This document shows, one piece after another, positions 31,002 to 46,547 of a stretch of 64,000 nt of DNA. The translations under genes and the position numbers were made by a program. A model generated the notes under the pieces. The model was not told the DNA's origin. It saw only the letters and a program-made list of their open reading frames with translations, and did not search any database. The stretch lies in NCBI RefSeq assembly GCF_055900595.2, contig NZ_CM148325.1; one strand, written 5' to 3'. The first letter of the stretch is position 1; every line of letters starts with the position of its first letter.

Positions 31002-32504
31002 ATGACGATTTTTGATAATTATGAAGTGTGGTTTGTAATTGGCAGCCAGCACCTGTATGGCCCCGAAACCCTACGTCAGGTCACCCAACATGCCGAACAC
31101 GTCGTTAATGCGCTGAATACGGAAGCGAAACTGCCCTGCAAACTGGTGCTGAAACCGCTGGGCACCACGCCGGATGAAATCACCGCTATTTGCCGTGACG
31201 CGAATTACGACGATCGTTGCGCTGGTCTGGTGGTATGGCTGCACACCTTTTCCCCGGCCAAAATGTGGATCAACGGCCTGACCATGCTCAACAAACCGTT
31301 GCTGCAATTCCACACCCAGTTCAACGCGGCGCTGCCGTGGGACAGTATCGACATGGACTTTATGAACCTGAACCAGACTGCACATGGCGGTCGCGAGTTC
31401 GGCTTCATTGGCGCGCGTATGCGTCAGCAACATGCTGTCGTTACCGGTCACTGGCAGGATAAACAAGCACATGAGCGTATCGGCTCCTGGATGCGTCAGG
31501 CGGTATCTAAACAGGATACCCGTCATCTGAAAGTCTGCCGTTTTGGCGATAACATGCGTGAAGTGGCGGTCACCGATGGCGATAAAGTTGCCGCACAGAT
31601 CAAGTTCGGTTTCTCCGTCAATACCTGGGCGGTTGGCGATCTGGTGCAGGTAGTGAACTCCATCAGCGATGGCGATGTTAACGCGCTGGTCGATGAGTAC
31701 GAAAGCTGCTACACCATGACGCCTGCGACACAAATCCACGGCGAAAAACGACAGAACGTGCTGGAAGCGGCGCGTATTGAGCTGGGGATGAAGCGTTTCC
31801 TGGAACAAGGTGGCTTCCACGCGTTCACCACCACCTTTGAAGATTTGCACGGTCTGAAGCAGCTTCCTGGTCTGGCCGTACAGCGTCTGATGCAGCAGGG
31901 CTACGGCTTTGCGGGCGAAGGCGACTGGAAAACTGCCGCCCTGCTTCGCATCATGAAGGTGATGTCAACCGGTCTGCAGGGCGGCACCTCCTTTATGGAG
32001 GACTACACTTACCACTTCGAAAAAGGTAATGACCTGGTGCTCGGCTCCCATATGCTGGAAGTCTGTCCGTCGATCGCTGTAGAAGAGAAACCGATCCTCG
32101 ACGTTCAACACCTCGGTATTGGCGGTAAAGACGATCCTGCCCGCCTGATCTTCAATACCCAAACTGGTCCGGCGATTGTCGCCAGCTTGATTGATCTCGG
32201 CGATCGTTACCGTCTGCTGGTTAACTGCATCGACACGGTGAAAACTCCGCACTCCTTGCCGAAACTGCCAGTGGCGAATGCGCTGTGGAAAGCGCAACCG
32301 GATCTGCCAACAGCTTCCGAAGCGTGGATACTTGCTGGTGGCGCGCACCATACCGTCTTCAGCCATGCGCTGAATCTCAACGATATGCGCCAGTTTGCCG
32401 AGATGCACGACATTGAAATCACGGTGATTGATAACGACACCCGCCTGCCAGCGTTTAAAGACGCGCTGCGCTGGAACGAAGTGTATTACGGATTTCGTCG
32501 CTAA
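31002..32504 (+). CDS. araA: AraA, L-arabinose isomerase
   Basis: 500 aa [42 protein letters not shown]... Confidence 0.97.
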
Positions 32505-32507
32505 GTA

Positions 32508-32610
32508 GCCGCATCAGGTATGTAACGCCTGATGCGACGCTGACGCGTCTTATCTGGCCTACACGTTCCGATTTTGTAGGCCGGATAAGCAAAGCGCATC
32601 CGGCACGAAG
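32508..32610. repeat. REP/BIME palindromic repeats between araA and araD
   Basis: GCATCAGGTATGTAACGCCTGATGCGACGCTGACGCGTCTTATCTGGCCTACACG...TTTGTAGGCCGGATAAGCAAAGCGCATCCGGCA. Confidence 0.8.
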
Positions 32611-32618
32611 GAGTCAAC

Positions 32619-33314
32619 ATGTTAGAAGATCTCAAACGTCAGGTTTTAGAAGCCAACCTGGCGCTGCCAAAACACAACCTGGTCACGCTGACCTGGGGCA
32701 ATGTCAGCGCCGTTGATCGCGAGCGCGGCGTCTTTGTAATCAAACCTTCCGGCGTCGATTACAGCATCATGACCGCTGACGATATGGTCGTGGTCAGCAT
32801 CGAAACCGGTGAAGTGGTAGAAGGTACGAAAAAGCCCTCCTCCGACACGCCAACTCACCGACTGCTCTATCAGGCATTCCCGTCCATTGGCGGCATTGTG
32901 CATACACACTCGCGCCACGCCACCATCTGGGCGCAGGCGGGTCAGTCAATCCCGGCAACCGGCACCACCCACGCCGACTATTTCTACGGCTCCATTCCCT
33001 GTACCCGTAAAATGACCGACGCAGAAATCAACGGCGAATATGAGTGGGAAACCGGTAACGTCATCGTTGAAACTTTCGAAAAACAGGGTATCGACGCAGC
33101 GCAAATGCCTGGCGTGCTGGTCCATTCTCACGGCCCGTTTGCATGGGGTAAAAACGCCGAAGACGCAGTGCATAACGCCATCGTGCTGGAAGAAGTCGCT
33201 TATATGGGGATTTTCTGCCGCCAGTTAGCCCCGCAATTGCCAGATATGCAGCAAACATTGCTGGATAAACACTATCTGCGTAAGCATGGTGCGAAGGCAT
33301 ATTACGGGCAGTAA
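32619..33314 (+). CDS. araD: AraD, L-ribulose-5-phosphate 4-epimerase
   Basis: 231 aa [51 protein letters not shown]... Confidence 0.97.
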   Translation: MLEDLKRQVLEANLALPKHNLVTLTWGNVSAVDRERGVFVIKPSGVDYSIMTADDMVVVSIETGEVVEGTKKPSSDTPTHRLLYQAFPSIGGIVHTHSRHATIWAQAGQSIPATGTTHADYFYGSIPCTRKMTDAEINGEYEWETGNVIVETFEKQGIDAAQMPGVLVHSHGPFAWGKNAEDAVHNAIVLEEVAYMGIFCRQLAPQLPDMQQTLLDKHYLRKHGAKAYYGQ

Positions 33315-33317
33315 TGA

Positions 33318-33333
33318 CTGTATAAAACCACAG
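33318..33333 (+). promoter_or_regulatory. LexA (SOS) box upstream of polB
   Basis: CTGTATAAAACCACAG matches the LexA consensus CTGT-N8-ACAG; polB/dinA is a known SOS gene. Confidence 0.8.
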
Positions 33334-33345
33334 CCAATCAAACGA

Positions 33346-33376
33346 AACCAGGCTATAATCAAGCCTGGTTTTTTGA
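33346..33376 (+). terminator. Intrinsic terminator-like hairpin (araD terminator) in the polB leader
   Basis: AACCAGGCT-ATAATCA-AGCCTGGTT followed by TTTTTT, lying between the LexA box and the polB GTG start. Confidence 0.65.
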
Positions 33377-33388
33377 TGGAATTTCAGC

Positions 33389-35740
33389 GTGGCGCAGGCA
33401 GGTTTTATCTTAACCCGACACTGGCGGGACACCCCGCAAGGGACAGAGGTCTCCTTCTGGCTGGCGACGGACAACGGGCCGTTGCAGGTTACGCTTGCAC
33501 CGCAAGAGTCCGTGGCGTTTATTCCCGCCAATCAGGTTCCCCGCGCCCAGCATATTTTGCAGGGTGAACAAGGCTTTCGCCTGACGCCGCTGGCGTTAAA
33601 GGATTTTCACCGCCAGCCGGTGTATGGCCTTTACTGTCGCGCCCATCGCCAGTTGATGAATTACGAAAAGCGCCTGCGTGAAGGTGGCGTTACCGTCTAC
33701 GAGGCCGATGTGCGCCCGCCAGAACGCTATCTGATGGAGCGGTTTATCACCTCTCCGGTGTGGGTCGAGGGTGATATGCGCAATGGCGCTATCGTTAATG
33801 CCCGTCTGAAACCGCATCCCGACTACCGCCCGCCGCTCAAGTGGGTTTCTATTGATATTGAAACCACCCGCCACGGTGAACTGTACTGCATCGGTCTGGA
33901 AGGCTGCGGGCAGCGCATCGTTTATATGCTGGGGCCGGAGAATGGCGATGCCTCCGCGCTTGATTTCGAACTGGAGTACGTCGCCAGTCGTCCGCAGCTG
34001 CTGGAAAAACTCAACGCCTGGTTTGCAACTCATGATCCCGATGTGATCATCGGCTGGAACGTGGTGCAGTTCGATCTGCGAATGCTGCAAAAACATGCCG
34101 AGCGCTACCGTATTCCACTGCGTCTGGGGCGCGATAACAGTGAGCTGGAGTGGCGCGAGCACGGCTTTAAAAACGGCGTCTTTTTTGCCCAGGCCAAAGG
34201 TCGGCTAATTATCGACGGTATTGAGGCGCTGAAATCTGCATTCTGGAATTTCTCTTCATTCTCGCTGGAAACCGTCGCTCAGGAGTTATTAGGCGAAGGA
34301 AAATCTATCGATAACCCGTGGGATCGGATGGACGAAATTGACCGCCGTTTCGCCGAAGATAAACCTGCGCTGGCAACTTATAACCTGAAAGATTGCGAAC
34401 TGGTGACGCAGATCTTCCACAAAACTGAAATCATGCCGTTTTTACTCGAACGAGCGACGGTTAACGGCCTGCCGGTAGATCGGCACGGGGGGTCGGTGGC
34501 AGCGTTTGGTCATCTCTATTTTCCGCGAATGCATCGCGCTGGTTATGTCGCGCCTAATCTCGGCGAAGTGCCGCCGCACGCCAGCCCTGGCGGCTATGTG
34601 ATGGATTCGCGGCCTGGGCTTTATGATTCGGTACTGGTGCTGGACTACAAAAGCCTGTACCCCTCGATCATCCGCACCTATCTGATTGATCCCGTCGGGC
34701 TGGTGGAAGGCATGGCGCAGCCTGATCCAGAGCACAGCACCGAAGGCTTTCTCGATGCCTGGTTCTCGCGGGAGAAACATTGCCTGCCGGAGATTGTGAC
34801 TAACATCTGGCACGGGCGCGATGAAGCCAAACGCCAGGGCAATAAACCGCTGTCGCAGGCGCTGAAGATCATTATGAATGCCTTTTATGGCGTGCTTGGC
34901 ACCACCGCCTGCCGCTTCTTCGATCCGCGCCTGGCGTCGTCGATCACCATGCGTGGTCATCAGATCATGCGGCAAACCAAAGCGTTGATTGAAGCGCAGG
35001 GCTACGACGTGATCTACGGCGATACCGACTCAACGTTTGTCTGGCTGAAAGGCGCACATTCGGAAGAAGAAGCGGCGAAAATCGGTCGTGCACTGGTGCA
35101 GCACGTTAACGCCTGGTGGGCAGAAACATTGCAACAGCAACGGCTGACTAGCGCATTAGAACTGGAGTATGAAACCCATTTCTGCCGTTTTCTGATGCCA
35201 ACCATTCGCGGAGCCGATACCGGCAGTAAAAAACGGTATGCCGGGCTGATTCAGGAGGGCGATAAGCAGCGGATGGTGTTTAAAGGGCTGGAAACCGTGC
35301 GCACCGACTGGACACCGCTGGCCCAGCAGTTTCAGCAGGAGCTATACCTACGTATCTTCCGCAACGAGCCATATCAGGAATACGTTCGCGAAACCATCGA
35401 CAAACTGATGGCTGGCGAACTGGATGCACGGCTGGTTTACCGTAAACGCCTTCGCCGTCCACTGAGCGAATACCAGCGTAATGTGCCGCCTCATGTACGC
35501 GCCGCTCGCCTTGCCGATGAAGAAAACCAAAAGCGCGGTCGCCCCTTGCAATATCAGAACCGCGGCACCATTAAGTACGTCTGGACCACCAACGGCCCGG
35601 AGCCGCTGGACTACCAACGTTCACCACTGGATTACGAACACTATCTGACCCGCCAGTTGCAACCGGTGGCGGAGGGAATACTCCCTTTTATTGAGGATAA
35701 TTTTGCTACACTTATGACCGGGCAACTTGGGCTATTTTGA
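33389..35740 (+). CDS. polB: PolB, DNA polymerase II (B family)
   Basis: 783-codon ORF starting at GTG ([34 protein letters not shown]...); 3'-5' exonuclease and polymerase motifs (YGDTDS) present. Confidence 0.96.
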   Translation: MAQAGFILTRHWRDTPQGTEVSFWLATDNGPLQVTLAPQESVAFIPANQVPRAQHILQGEQGFRLTPLALKDFHRQPVYGLYCRAHRQLMNYEKRLREGGVTVYEADVRPPERYLMERFITSPVWVEGDMRNGAIVNARLKPHPDYRPPLKWVSIDIETTRHGELYCIGLEGCGQRIVYMLGPENGDASALDFELEYVASRPQLLEKLNAWFATHDPDVIIGWNVVQFDLRMLQKHAERYRIPLRLGRDNSELEWREHGFKNGVFFAQAKGRLIIDGIEALKSAFWNFSSFSLETVAQELLGEGKSIDNPWDRMDEIDRRFAEDKPALATYNLKDCELVTQIFHKTEIMPFLLERATVNGLPVDRHGGSVAAFGHLYFPRMHRAGYVAPNLGEVPPHASPGGYVMDSRPGLYDSVLVLDYKSLYPSIIRTYLIDPVGLVEGMAQPDPEHSTEGFLDAWFSREKHCLPEIVTNIWHGRDEAKRQGNKPLSQALKIIMNAFYGVLGTTACRFFDPRLASSITMRGHQIMRQTKALIEAQGYDVIYGDTDSTFVWLKGAHSEEEAAKIGRALVQHVNAWWAETLQQQRLTSALELEYETHFCRFLMPTIRGADTGSKKRYAGLIQEGDKQRMVFKGLETVRTDWTPLAQQFQQELYLRIFRNEPYQEYVRETIDKLMAGELDARLVYRKRLRRPLSEYQRNVPPHVRAARLADEENQKRGRPLQYQNRGTIKYVWTTNGPEPLDYQRSPLDYEHYLTRQLQPVAEGILPFIEDNFATLMTGQLGLF

Positions 35741-35903
35741 GCAAAAAAAGAGTTCGTCAGATACCATTTTGATGCGTGACGAATGCTTTGCCATCCAGTA
35801 CCATAGCGCCCTTTCCATTCCTGGACCTGAATAACGCCACTACCTCATAAGCAAGGTAGCGGGTGGTTATTGCCTGCAATTAAAGATATAGAGCCGAACA
35901 CAT

Positions 35904-38810
35904 ATGCCTTTTACACTTGGTCAACGCTGGATCAGCGATACAGAAAGCGAATTGGGACTTGGAACCGTTGTCGCGGTGGATGCGCGAACTGTCACTTTAC
36001 TTTTCCCATCTACTGGTGAAAACCGTCTGTACGCACGCAGTGATTCCCCCGTGACCCGCGTGATGTTCAACCCTGGTGATACTATTACCAGCCACGACGG
36101 CTGGCAGATGCAAGTCGAAGAAGTAAAAGAAGAAAATGGCTTGCTGACCTATATCGGTACTCGCCTGGATACTGAAGAGTCCGGCGTAGCCCTGCGTGAA
36201 GTTTTCCTTGATAGCAAACTGGTGTTCAGCAAACCGCAGGACCGTCTGTTTGCCGGGCAGATTGACCGTATGGACCGCTTTGCGCTGCGTTATCGCGCAC
36301 GTAAATATTCCAGCGAACAGTTCCGTATGCCGTACAGCGGCCTGCGCGGTCAGCGTACCAGTCTGATCCCGCATCAGCTCAACATCGCTCATGATGTTGG
36401 TCGCCGCCATGCGCCGCGCGTCCTGCTGGCTGACGAAGTGGGTTTAGGGAAAACCATTGAAGCCGGGATGATCCTGCATCAGCAACTACTCTCTGGCGCT
36501 GCTGAACGTGTACTGATTATCGTCCCGGAAACCTTACAGCATCAGTGGCTGGTAGAAATGCTGCGCCGCTTCAATCTGCGTTTTGCCCTGTTTGATGACG
36601 AGCGTTACGCCGAAGCTCAGCACGATGCTTACAACCCGTTCGACACCGAACAGCTGGTCATTTGCTCGCTGGATTTTGCCCGTCGTAGCAAACAGCGTCT
36701 GGAACATCTCTGTGAAGCCGAATGGGACCTGCTGGTGGTCGATGAAGCGCATCACCTGGTGTGGAGCGAAGATGCGCCGAGCCGTGAATATCAGGCCATT
36801 GAACAACTGGCAGAGCATGTGCCCGGCGTTCTGCTGCTGACTGCGACCCCGGAACAACTGGGGATGGAAAGCCACTTCGCCCGTCTGCGTCTGCTGGACC
36901 CGAACCGTTTCCACGATTTCGCGCAGTTCGTTGAAGAGCAGAAAAATTATCGTCCGGTAGCAGATGCCGTTGCCATGCTGCTGGCAGGTAACAAACTCAG
37001 CAATGACGAACTGAACATGCTCGGTGAGATGATCGGCGAGCAGGATATTGAGCCGTTACTGCAGGCGGCAAACAGCGACAGCGAAGATGCCCAGAGCGCC
37101 CGTCAGGAACTGGTTTCGATGCTGATGGATCGCCACGGCACTAGCCGCGTGCTGTTCCGTAACACGCGTAACGGTGTGAAAGGCTTCCCGAAACGCGAGC
37201 TGCACACTATTAAGCTGCCGCTGCCGACGCAGTATCAGACGGCGATTAAAGTGTCCGGCATTATGGGCGCACGTAAAAGTGCGGAAGATCGCGCTCGCGA
37301 TATGCTCTACCCGGAGCGTATTTATCAGGAATTTGAAGGCGATAACGCCACCTGGTGGAACTTCGACCCGCGCGTTGAGTGGCTGATGGGTTACCTGACC
37401 AGCCATCGCTCTCAGAAAGTGCTGGTGATCTGCGCTAAAGCCGCTACCGCGCTGCAACTGGAGCAGGTACTGCGTGAGCGTGAAGGTATCCGCGCCGCGG
37501 TGTTCCACGAAGGCATGTCGATTATTGAGCGTGACCGCGCTGCGGCATGGTTTGCCGAAGAAGACACCGGCGCGCAGGTGCTGCTGTGTTCGGAAATTGG
37601 TTCTGAAGGGCGTAACTTCCAGTTCGCCAGCCACATGGTAATGTTCGATCTGCCGTTCAACCCGGATCTGCTGGAGCAGCGTATTGGTCGTCTGGATCGT
37701 ATCGGTCAGGCGCACGATATTCAGATCCATGTGCCTTATCTGGAAAAAACCGCTCAGTCGGTACTGGTACGCTGGTATCACGAAGGTCTGGATGCATTCG
37801 AGCACACCTGCCCGACCGGACGCACTATCTACGATAGCGTGTATAACGATCTGATTAACTACCTGGCCTCACCGGATCAAACCGAAGGCTTTGACGATCT
37901 GATCAAAAACTGCCGCGAGCAGCACGAGGCGTTGAAGGCACAGCTGGAACAGGGTCGTGACCGCCTGCTGGAGATCCATTCCAACGGTGGCGAAAAAGCG
38001 CAGGCATTAGCTGAAAGCATTGAAGAGCAGGATGACGATACCAACCTGATCGCCTTCGCCATGAACCTGTTCGATATTATCGGTATCAATCAGGACGATC
38101 GCGGCGACAACATGATCGTACTGACGCCGTCCGATCATATGCTGGTGCCGGACTTCCCGGGCCTGTCGGAAGATGGCATCACCATCACCTTCGACCGTGA
38201 GGTAGCGCTGGCGCGTGAAGATGCGCAGTTTATTACCTGGGAGCACCCACTGATCCGCAACGGTCTGGATCTGATCCTCTCTGGCGATACCGGTAGCAGC
38301 ACGATTTCACTGTTGAAAAACAAAGCGTTGCCGGTAGGTACGCTGTTGGTGGAACTGATTTATGTCGTTGAAGCCCAGGCTCCGAAGCAGTTGCAGCTCA
38401 ACCGCTTCCTGCCGCCGACGCCGGTACGTATGCTGCTGGATAAAAATGGCAACAACCTGGCGGCGCAGGTGGAGTTTGAAACCTTTAACCGTCAGCTTAA
38501 CGCGGTTAACCGCCACACTGGCAGCAAGCTGGTTAATGCCGTGCAGCAGGATGTTCACGCTATCCTTCAGCTGGGTGAAGCGCAGATCGAGAAATCTGCC
38601 CGTGCATTGATTGATGCAGCACGTAACGAAGCCGACGAAAAACTGTCTGCCGAGCTGTCTCGTCTGGAAGCGCTGCGCGCAGTGAACCCGAACATTCGTG
38701 ACGACGAACTGACCGCCATTGAGAGCAACCGTCAGCAGGTAATGGAAAGCCTGGATCAGGCAGGCTGGCGTCTGGATGCCCTGCGTTTGATCGTTGTGAC
38801 GCATCAGTAA
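35904..38810 (+). CDS. rapA: RapA (HepA), RNA polymerase-associated Swi2/Snf2 ATPase
   Basis: 968 aa [33 protein letters not shown]...; helicase motifs [10 protein letters not shown] and DEAH. Confidence 0.96.
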
Positions 38811-38821
38811 CGGAGCCAAAA

Positions 38822-39481
38822 ATGGGGATGGAAAACTACAATCCACCGCAGGAACCCTGGCTGGTTATCCTGTATCAGGATGACCACATTATGGTGGTCA
38901 ACAAGCCGAGCGGTTTGTTGTCTGTGCCGGGGCGTCTGGAGGAGCACAAAGACAGCGTGATGACACGCATTCAGCGTGATTATCCTCAGGCGGAATCGGT
39001 GCATCGTCTGGATATGGCTACCAGCGGCGTGATTGTAGTGGCGCTGACCAAAGCCGCGGAGCGGGAATTAAAACGCCAGTTCCGCGAGCGCGAGCCGAAA
39101 AAGCAATATGTGGCCCGCGTCTGGGGGCATCCATCCCCTGCGGAAGGTCTGGTAGATCTGCCGCTGATTTGCGACTGGCCAAACCGCCCGAAACAGAAAG
39201 TCTGTTACGAAACGGGTAAACCTGCGCAGACGGAATATGAAGTGGTGGAATATGCGGCAGATAATACGGCAAGAGTGGTGTTAAAACCGATTACCGGGCG
39301 TTCGCATCAATTGCGTGTGCATATGCTGGCGCTGGGTCATCCGATTCTCGGCGATCGTTTTTATGCATCACCAGAAGCCAGGGCAATGGCACCACGTTTA
39401 CTGCTACATGCAGAGATGTTGACGATTACCCATCCGGCATATGGCAATAGTATGACGTTTAAGGCACCCGCGGATTTTTAA
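38822..39481 (+). CDS. rluA: RluA, 23S rRNA / tRNA pseudouridine synthase
   Basis: 219 aa ORF MGMENYNPPQEPWLVILYQDDHIMVVNKPSGLLSVPG...HRLDMATSGVIV... (catalytic Asp motif). Confidence 0.95.
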   Translation: MGMENYNPPQEPWLVILYQDDHIMVVNKPSGLLSVPGRLEEHKDSVMTRIQRDYPQAESVHRLDMATSGVIVVALTKAAERELKRQFREREPKKQYVARVWGHPSPAEGLVDLPLICDWPNRPKQKVCYETGKPAQTEYEVVEYAADNTARVVLKPITGRSHQLRVHMLALGHPILGDRFYASPEARAMAPRLLLHAEMLTITHPAYGNSMTFKAPADF

Positions 39482-39494
39482 TAGTCTCGCTAGC

Positions 39495-39585
39495 GCGATT
39501 AGGTAGGCCGGATAAGGCGTTCACGCCGCATCCGGCAATTTGTGCCGCCGGATGCGGCGTGAACGCCTTATCCGGCCTACAATTT
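39495..39585. repeat. REP/BIME: inverted pair of REP palindromes
   Basis: GGTAGGCCGGATAAGGCGTTCACGCCGCATCCGGCA ... TGCCGCCGGATGCGGCGTGAACGCCTTATCCGGCCTAC fills the whole gap between the convergent rluA and djlA. Confidence 0.85.
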
Positions 39586-39590
39586 GAAAC

Positions 39591-40406
39591 TTATTTAAAC
39601 CCTTTCTGCTGCTTTATCAGCTCATAGGCTTGCTGAATTTCCTGCGCTTTCTGCTTCGCCATCTCCATCATCTCAGGCGGCAAACCTTTTGCTACCAGCT
39701 TATCCGGATGGTGTTCACTCATCAGCTTACGGTAGGCACGTTTGATGGTGGTCGCATCATCCGTCGGCTTCACGCCCAGCACATTACAGGCATCTTCCAG
39801 CGTCGGGCCACGCTGCGCTTGCTGCCAGTTACCACCGCCAGATTGCTGCTGATAACCGCCGCCAAACTGTGCACCGCCCTGCATCATGCGCAAAAACTGG
39901 TCAAACTGGGCGCGGGAGATGCCTAACTCTTCGGCAATGACATACAGCACCGCCCGTTCATTCGGATGCAGCGAACCATCAGCAAACGCCGCCTGAATCT
40001 GGATCTCCAGAAACATACGAATTAAGTCAAAACGACCAAAGCAGACACTGCGAAACTGGCGCATCTTTTCGCGCAGCGGGTAATTGTCTGATTTTCCAAC
40101 CCGGAACGCATTTTGCGCCGCAGTACGGGAAGCACCATGAAGGTTCATTCGGTCCATCAACTGGCTGGCGATATGAATATCAGCCTCCGTGACGCGACCT
40201 TTGGATTTGGTTAAATGCCCCATCACTTCAAAAGTGGTGGCAAAAAACAGCGCCTGACGCTCACGCTGGTTGGCGAACCACGCCATTTTACGGCTACGGG
40301 CTTTATCAAACATATGGCCAATTAACAGGCCTAACACTACGCCCCAAAAGCCGCCGCCCATCAGTAAGGCCACGGCCACGCCAATGATTTTTCCCCAATA
40401 CTGCAT
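39591..40406 (-). CDS. djlA: DjlA, membrane-anchored DnaJ-like co-chaperone
   Basis: ORF-track frame N-extended by 15 codons; start [33 protein letters not shown] gives 271 aa, with a C-terminal J-domain (HPD). Confidence 0.94.
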   Translation of the reverse strand: MQYWGKIIGVAVALLMGGGFWGVVLGLLIGHMFDKARSRKMAWFANQRERQALFFATTFEVMGHLTKSKGRVTEADIHIASQLMDRMNLHGASRTAAQNAFRVGKSDNYPLREKMRQFRSVCFGRFDLIRMFLEIQIQAAFADGSLHPNERAVLYVIAEELGISRAQFDQFLRMMQGGAQFGGGYQQQSGGGNWQQAQRGPTLEDACNVLGVKPTDDATTIKRAYRKLMSEHHPDKLVAKGLPPEMMEMAKQKAQEIQQAYELIKQQKGFK

Positions 40407-40660
40407 ATATTCCCCAAATCGACACACGGATATCAGGGCTATCTCCCACAATATAAAGGTGCTTTTACCGTTTTCCGGCTGCGGTCAATTGTGGGACATC
40501 GCCTATAATTTGCATTATCATACCTGTCATTCAATGCCGTGCCTAACACCACTGACGCTATTCGGACAGGATTAACACTAGCGTAGAGATGACGAGTACG
40601 TTAGTCTCTGACCGTTTGTCACGCGCAACGTTACCGATGATGGAACAATAAAATCAACGT

Positions 40661-43015
40661 ATGAAAAAACGTATCCCCACTCTCCTGGCCACCATGATTG
40701 CCACCGCCCTTTATAGTCAACAGGGACTGGCAGCCGACCTCGCCTCACAGTGCATGTTGGGCGTGCCAAGCTATGATCGTCCTCTGGTACAGGGCGATAC
40801 CAATGACTTACCCGTGACTATCAATGCTGACCACGCGAAAGGGGACTACCCGGATGACGCCGTGTTTACTGGCAGCGTGGATATCATGCAGGGTAACAGC
40901 CGTCTGCAGGCCGACGAAGTGCAGCTCCATCAAAAAGAGGCACCAGGACAACCGGAGCCAGTACGTACCGTTGATGCGCTCGGTAATGTCCATTACGACG
41001 ATAACCAGGTGATCCTCAAAGGGCCGAAAGGCTGGGCGAACCTGAACACCAAAGATACCAACGTCTGGGAAGGTGATTACCAGATGGTGGGTCGCCAGGG
41101 TCGCGGTAAAGCGGACCTGATGAAACAACGTGGCGAAAACCGCTATACCATTCTGGATAACGGTAGCTTTACCTCCTGTCTGCCGGGTTCCGACACCTGG
41201 AGCGTAGTAGGTAGCGAAATTATTCATGACCGCGAAGAACAAGTTGCGGAAATCTGGAACGCCCGCTTTAAAGTGGGTCCGGTACCGATCTTTTATAGCC
41301 CGTATTTGCAGTTGCCGGTGGGTGACAAACGTCGTTCTGGTTTCTTGATCCCGAACGCCAAGTACACCACCACCAACTACTTTGAGTTCTACCTGCCATA
41401 TTACTGGAACATTGCGCCAAATATGGATGCCACCATCACGCCGCATTATATGCATCGTCGTGGCAACATCATGTGGGAGAACGAATTCCGCTACCTCTCC
41501 CAGGCGGGCGCAGGTTTGATGGAACTGGACTATCTGCCTTCCGATAAAGTCTATGAAGATGAACACCCGAACGATGACAGTTCACGTCGTTGGTTGTTCT
41601 ACTGGCAACACTCCGGGGTCATGGATCAGGTGTGGCGTTTCAACGTCGACTACACCAAGGTGAGCGATCCTAGCTACTTCAATGATTTTGATAACAAGTA
41701 CGGTTCCAGTACTGACGGCTACGCAACGCAAAAATTCAGCGTTGGCTATGCGGTGCAAAACTTCAATGCCACCGTTTCAACCAAGCAGTTCCAGGTCTTC
41801 AGCGAGCAGAACACCAGTAGCTACTCGGCAGAGCCGCAGTTAGACGTTAACTACTACCAGAATGATGTTGGTCCGTTTGATACACGCATTTACGGCCAGG
41901 CAGTACACTTTGTTAACACCAGAGACGACATGCCTGAAGCAACCCGTGTTCACCTGGAACCGACCATCAATTTGCCGCTCTCTAATAACTGGGGCAGCAT
42001 CAATACCGAAGCGAAGTTGCTGGCAACCCATTATCAGCAAACTAATCTTGACTGGTATAACTCCAGAAACACAACCAAGCTGGACGAATCCGTTAACCGT
42101 GTGATGCCGCAATTCAAAGTTGACGGCAAAATGGTCTTTGAACGCGATATGGAAATGCTGGCTCCGGGTTATACCCAAACGCTGGAACCGCGCGCGCAGT
42201 ATTTATACGTGCCGTATCGCGATCAGAGCGACATCTATAACTACGACTCGTCTCTGCTGCAATCTGACTACTCTGGCCTGTTCCGGGACCGGACTTACGG
42301 CGGTCTTGACCGTATTGCCTCCGCTAACCAGGTGACGACCGGTGTCACATCTCGCATATATGATGATGCTGCCGTTGAACGTTTTAATATTTCCGTTGGT
42401 CAAATCTACTATTTCACGGAGTCTCGCACTGGCGATGACAACATAACATGGGAGAATGACGACAAAACGGGCTCACTGGTATGGGCAGGCGATACCTACT
42501 GGCGTATCTCCGAGCGCTGGGGGTTGCGTGGCGGGATTCAGTACGACACGCGTCTGGATAACGTAGCCACCAGTAACTCCAGCATTGAATACCGTCGGGA
42601 TGAAGACCGTCTGGTGCAGTTGAACTACCGTTACGCCAGCCCGGAATATATTCAGGCTACGCTGCCTAAGTACTATTCCACGGCAGAGCAGTATAAGAAT
42701 GGTATTTCGCAGGTAGGTGCCGTCGCCAGCTGGCCAATTGCCGATCGTTGGTCAATTGTCGGGGCCTACTACTACGACACCAATGCGAACAAGCAAGCCG
42801 ACTCTATGTTAGGTGTGCAATATAGCTCCTGCTGCTATGCGATTCGCGTCGGTTACGAGCGGAAGCTGAACGGTTGGGATAACGATAAACAACATGCGGT
42901 ATATGACAACGCAATCGGCTTTAACATCGAACTTCGCGGCCTGAGCTCCAACTACGGTCTGGGTACGCAAGAGATGCTGCGTTCGAACATTCTGCCGTAT
43001 CAAAACACTTTGTGA
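40661..43015 (+). CDS. lptD: LptD (Imp/OstA), outer-membrane LPS assembly protein
   Basis: 784 aa [46 protein letters not shown]... with signal peptide. Confidence 0.96.
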   Translation: MKKRIPTLLATMIATALYSQQGLAADLASQCMLGVPSYDRPLVQGDTNDLPVTINADHAKGDYPDDAVFTGSVDIMQGNSRLQADEVQLHQKEAPGQPEPVRTVDALGNVHYDDNQVILKGPKGWANLNTKDTNVWEGDYQMVGRQGRGKADLMKQRGENRYTILDNGSFTSCLPGSDTWSVVGSEIIHDREEQVAEIWNARFKVGPVPIFYSPYLQLPVGDKRRSGFLIPNAKYTTTNYFEFYLPYYWNIAPNMDATITPHYMHRRGNIMWENEFRYLSQAGAGLMELDYLPSDKVYEDEHPNDDSSRRWLFYWQHSGVMDQVWRFNVDYTKVSDPSYFNDFDNKYGSSTDGYATQKFSVGYAVQNFNATVSTKQFQVFSEQNTSSYSAEPQLDVNYYQNDVGPFDTRIYGQAVHFVNTRDDMPEATRVHLEPTINLPLSNNWGSINTEAKLLATHYQQTNLDWYNSRNTTKLDESVNRVMPQFKVDGKMVFERDMEMLAPGYTQTLEPRAQYLYVPYRDQSDIYNYDSSLLQSDYSGLFRDRTYGGLDRIASANQVTTGVTSRIYDDAAVERFNISVGQIYYFTESRTGDDNITWENDDKTGSLVWAGDTYWRISERWGLRGGIQYDTRLDNVATSNSSIEYRRDEDRLVQLNYRYASPEYIQATLPKYYSTAEQYKNGISQVGAVASWPIADRWSIVGAYYYDTNANKQADSMLGVQYSSCCYAIRVGYERKLNGWDNDKQHAVYDNAIGFNIELRGLSSNYGLGTQEMLRSNILPYQNTL

Positions 43016-43067
43016 TTTGTTGATTTACCACGTAATCCGCAGTGCGGTTAATTGAAATGGAAAAAGT

Positions 43068-46161
<3,094 letters not shown>

Positions 46162-46163
46162 CG

Positions 46164-46541
46164 ATGATCAATTCGCCCCGAGTGTGTATTCAGGTTCAAA
46201 GCGTCTACATTGAGGCACAATCTTCACCTGATAATGAACGTTACGTTTTTGCTTATACCGTAACCATACGCAATCTGGGGCGAGCGCCAGTGCAGTTGTT
46301 GGGGCGTTACTGGCTGATCACCAATGGCAATGGCCGTGAAACCGAAGTCCAGGGCGAAGGAGTGGTTGGCGTTCAGCCACTTATCGCGCCTGGCGAAGAG
46401 TACCAGTACACCAGCGGTGCAATCATTGAAACCCCGCTGGGCACCATGCAGGGTCACTACGAAATGATCGATGAAAATGGCGTCCCCTTCAGCATCGACA
46501 TTCCCGTATTCCGACTCGCCGTTCCCACACTCATTCATTAA
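46164..46541 (+). CDS. apaG: ApaG (DUF525 protein)
   Basis: ORF-track frame N-extended; ATG at 46164 gives [39 protein letters not shown]..., 125 aa. Confidence 0.94.
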   Translation: MINSPRVCIQVQSVYIEAQSSPDNERYVFAYTVTIRNLGRAPVQLLGRYWLITNGNGRETEVQGEGVVGVQPLIAPGEEYQYTSGAIIETPLGTMQGHYEMIDENGVPFSIDIPVFRLAVPTLIH

Positions 46542-46547
46542 AAGAAT

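Noticed and set aside
31071-31850. 259-aa minus-strand ORF
   Set aside because: Fully antisense within araA; no Shine-Dalgarno context and no recognisable domain.
37056-37805. 249-aa minus-strand ORF, plus 36534-36914 and 38307-38846
   Set aside because: Antisense inside rapA; Gln/His/Arg/Phe-rich frame artefacts.
40808-41566. 252-aa minus-strand ORF
   Set aside because: Antisense inside lptD; no independent support.
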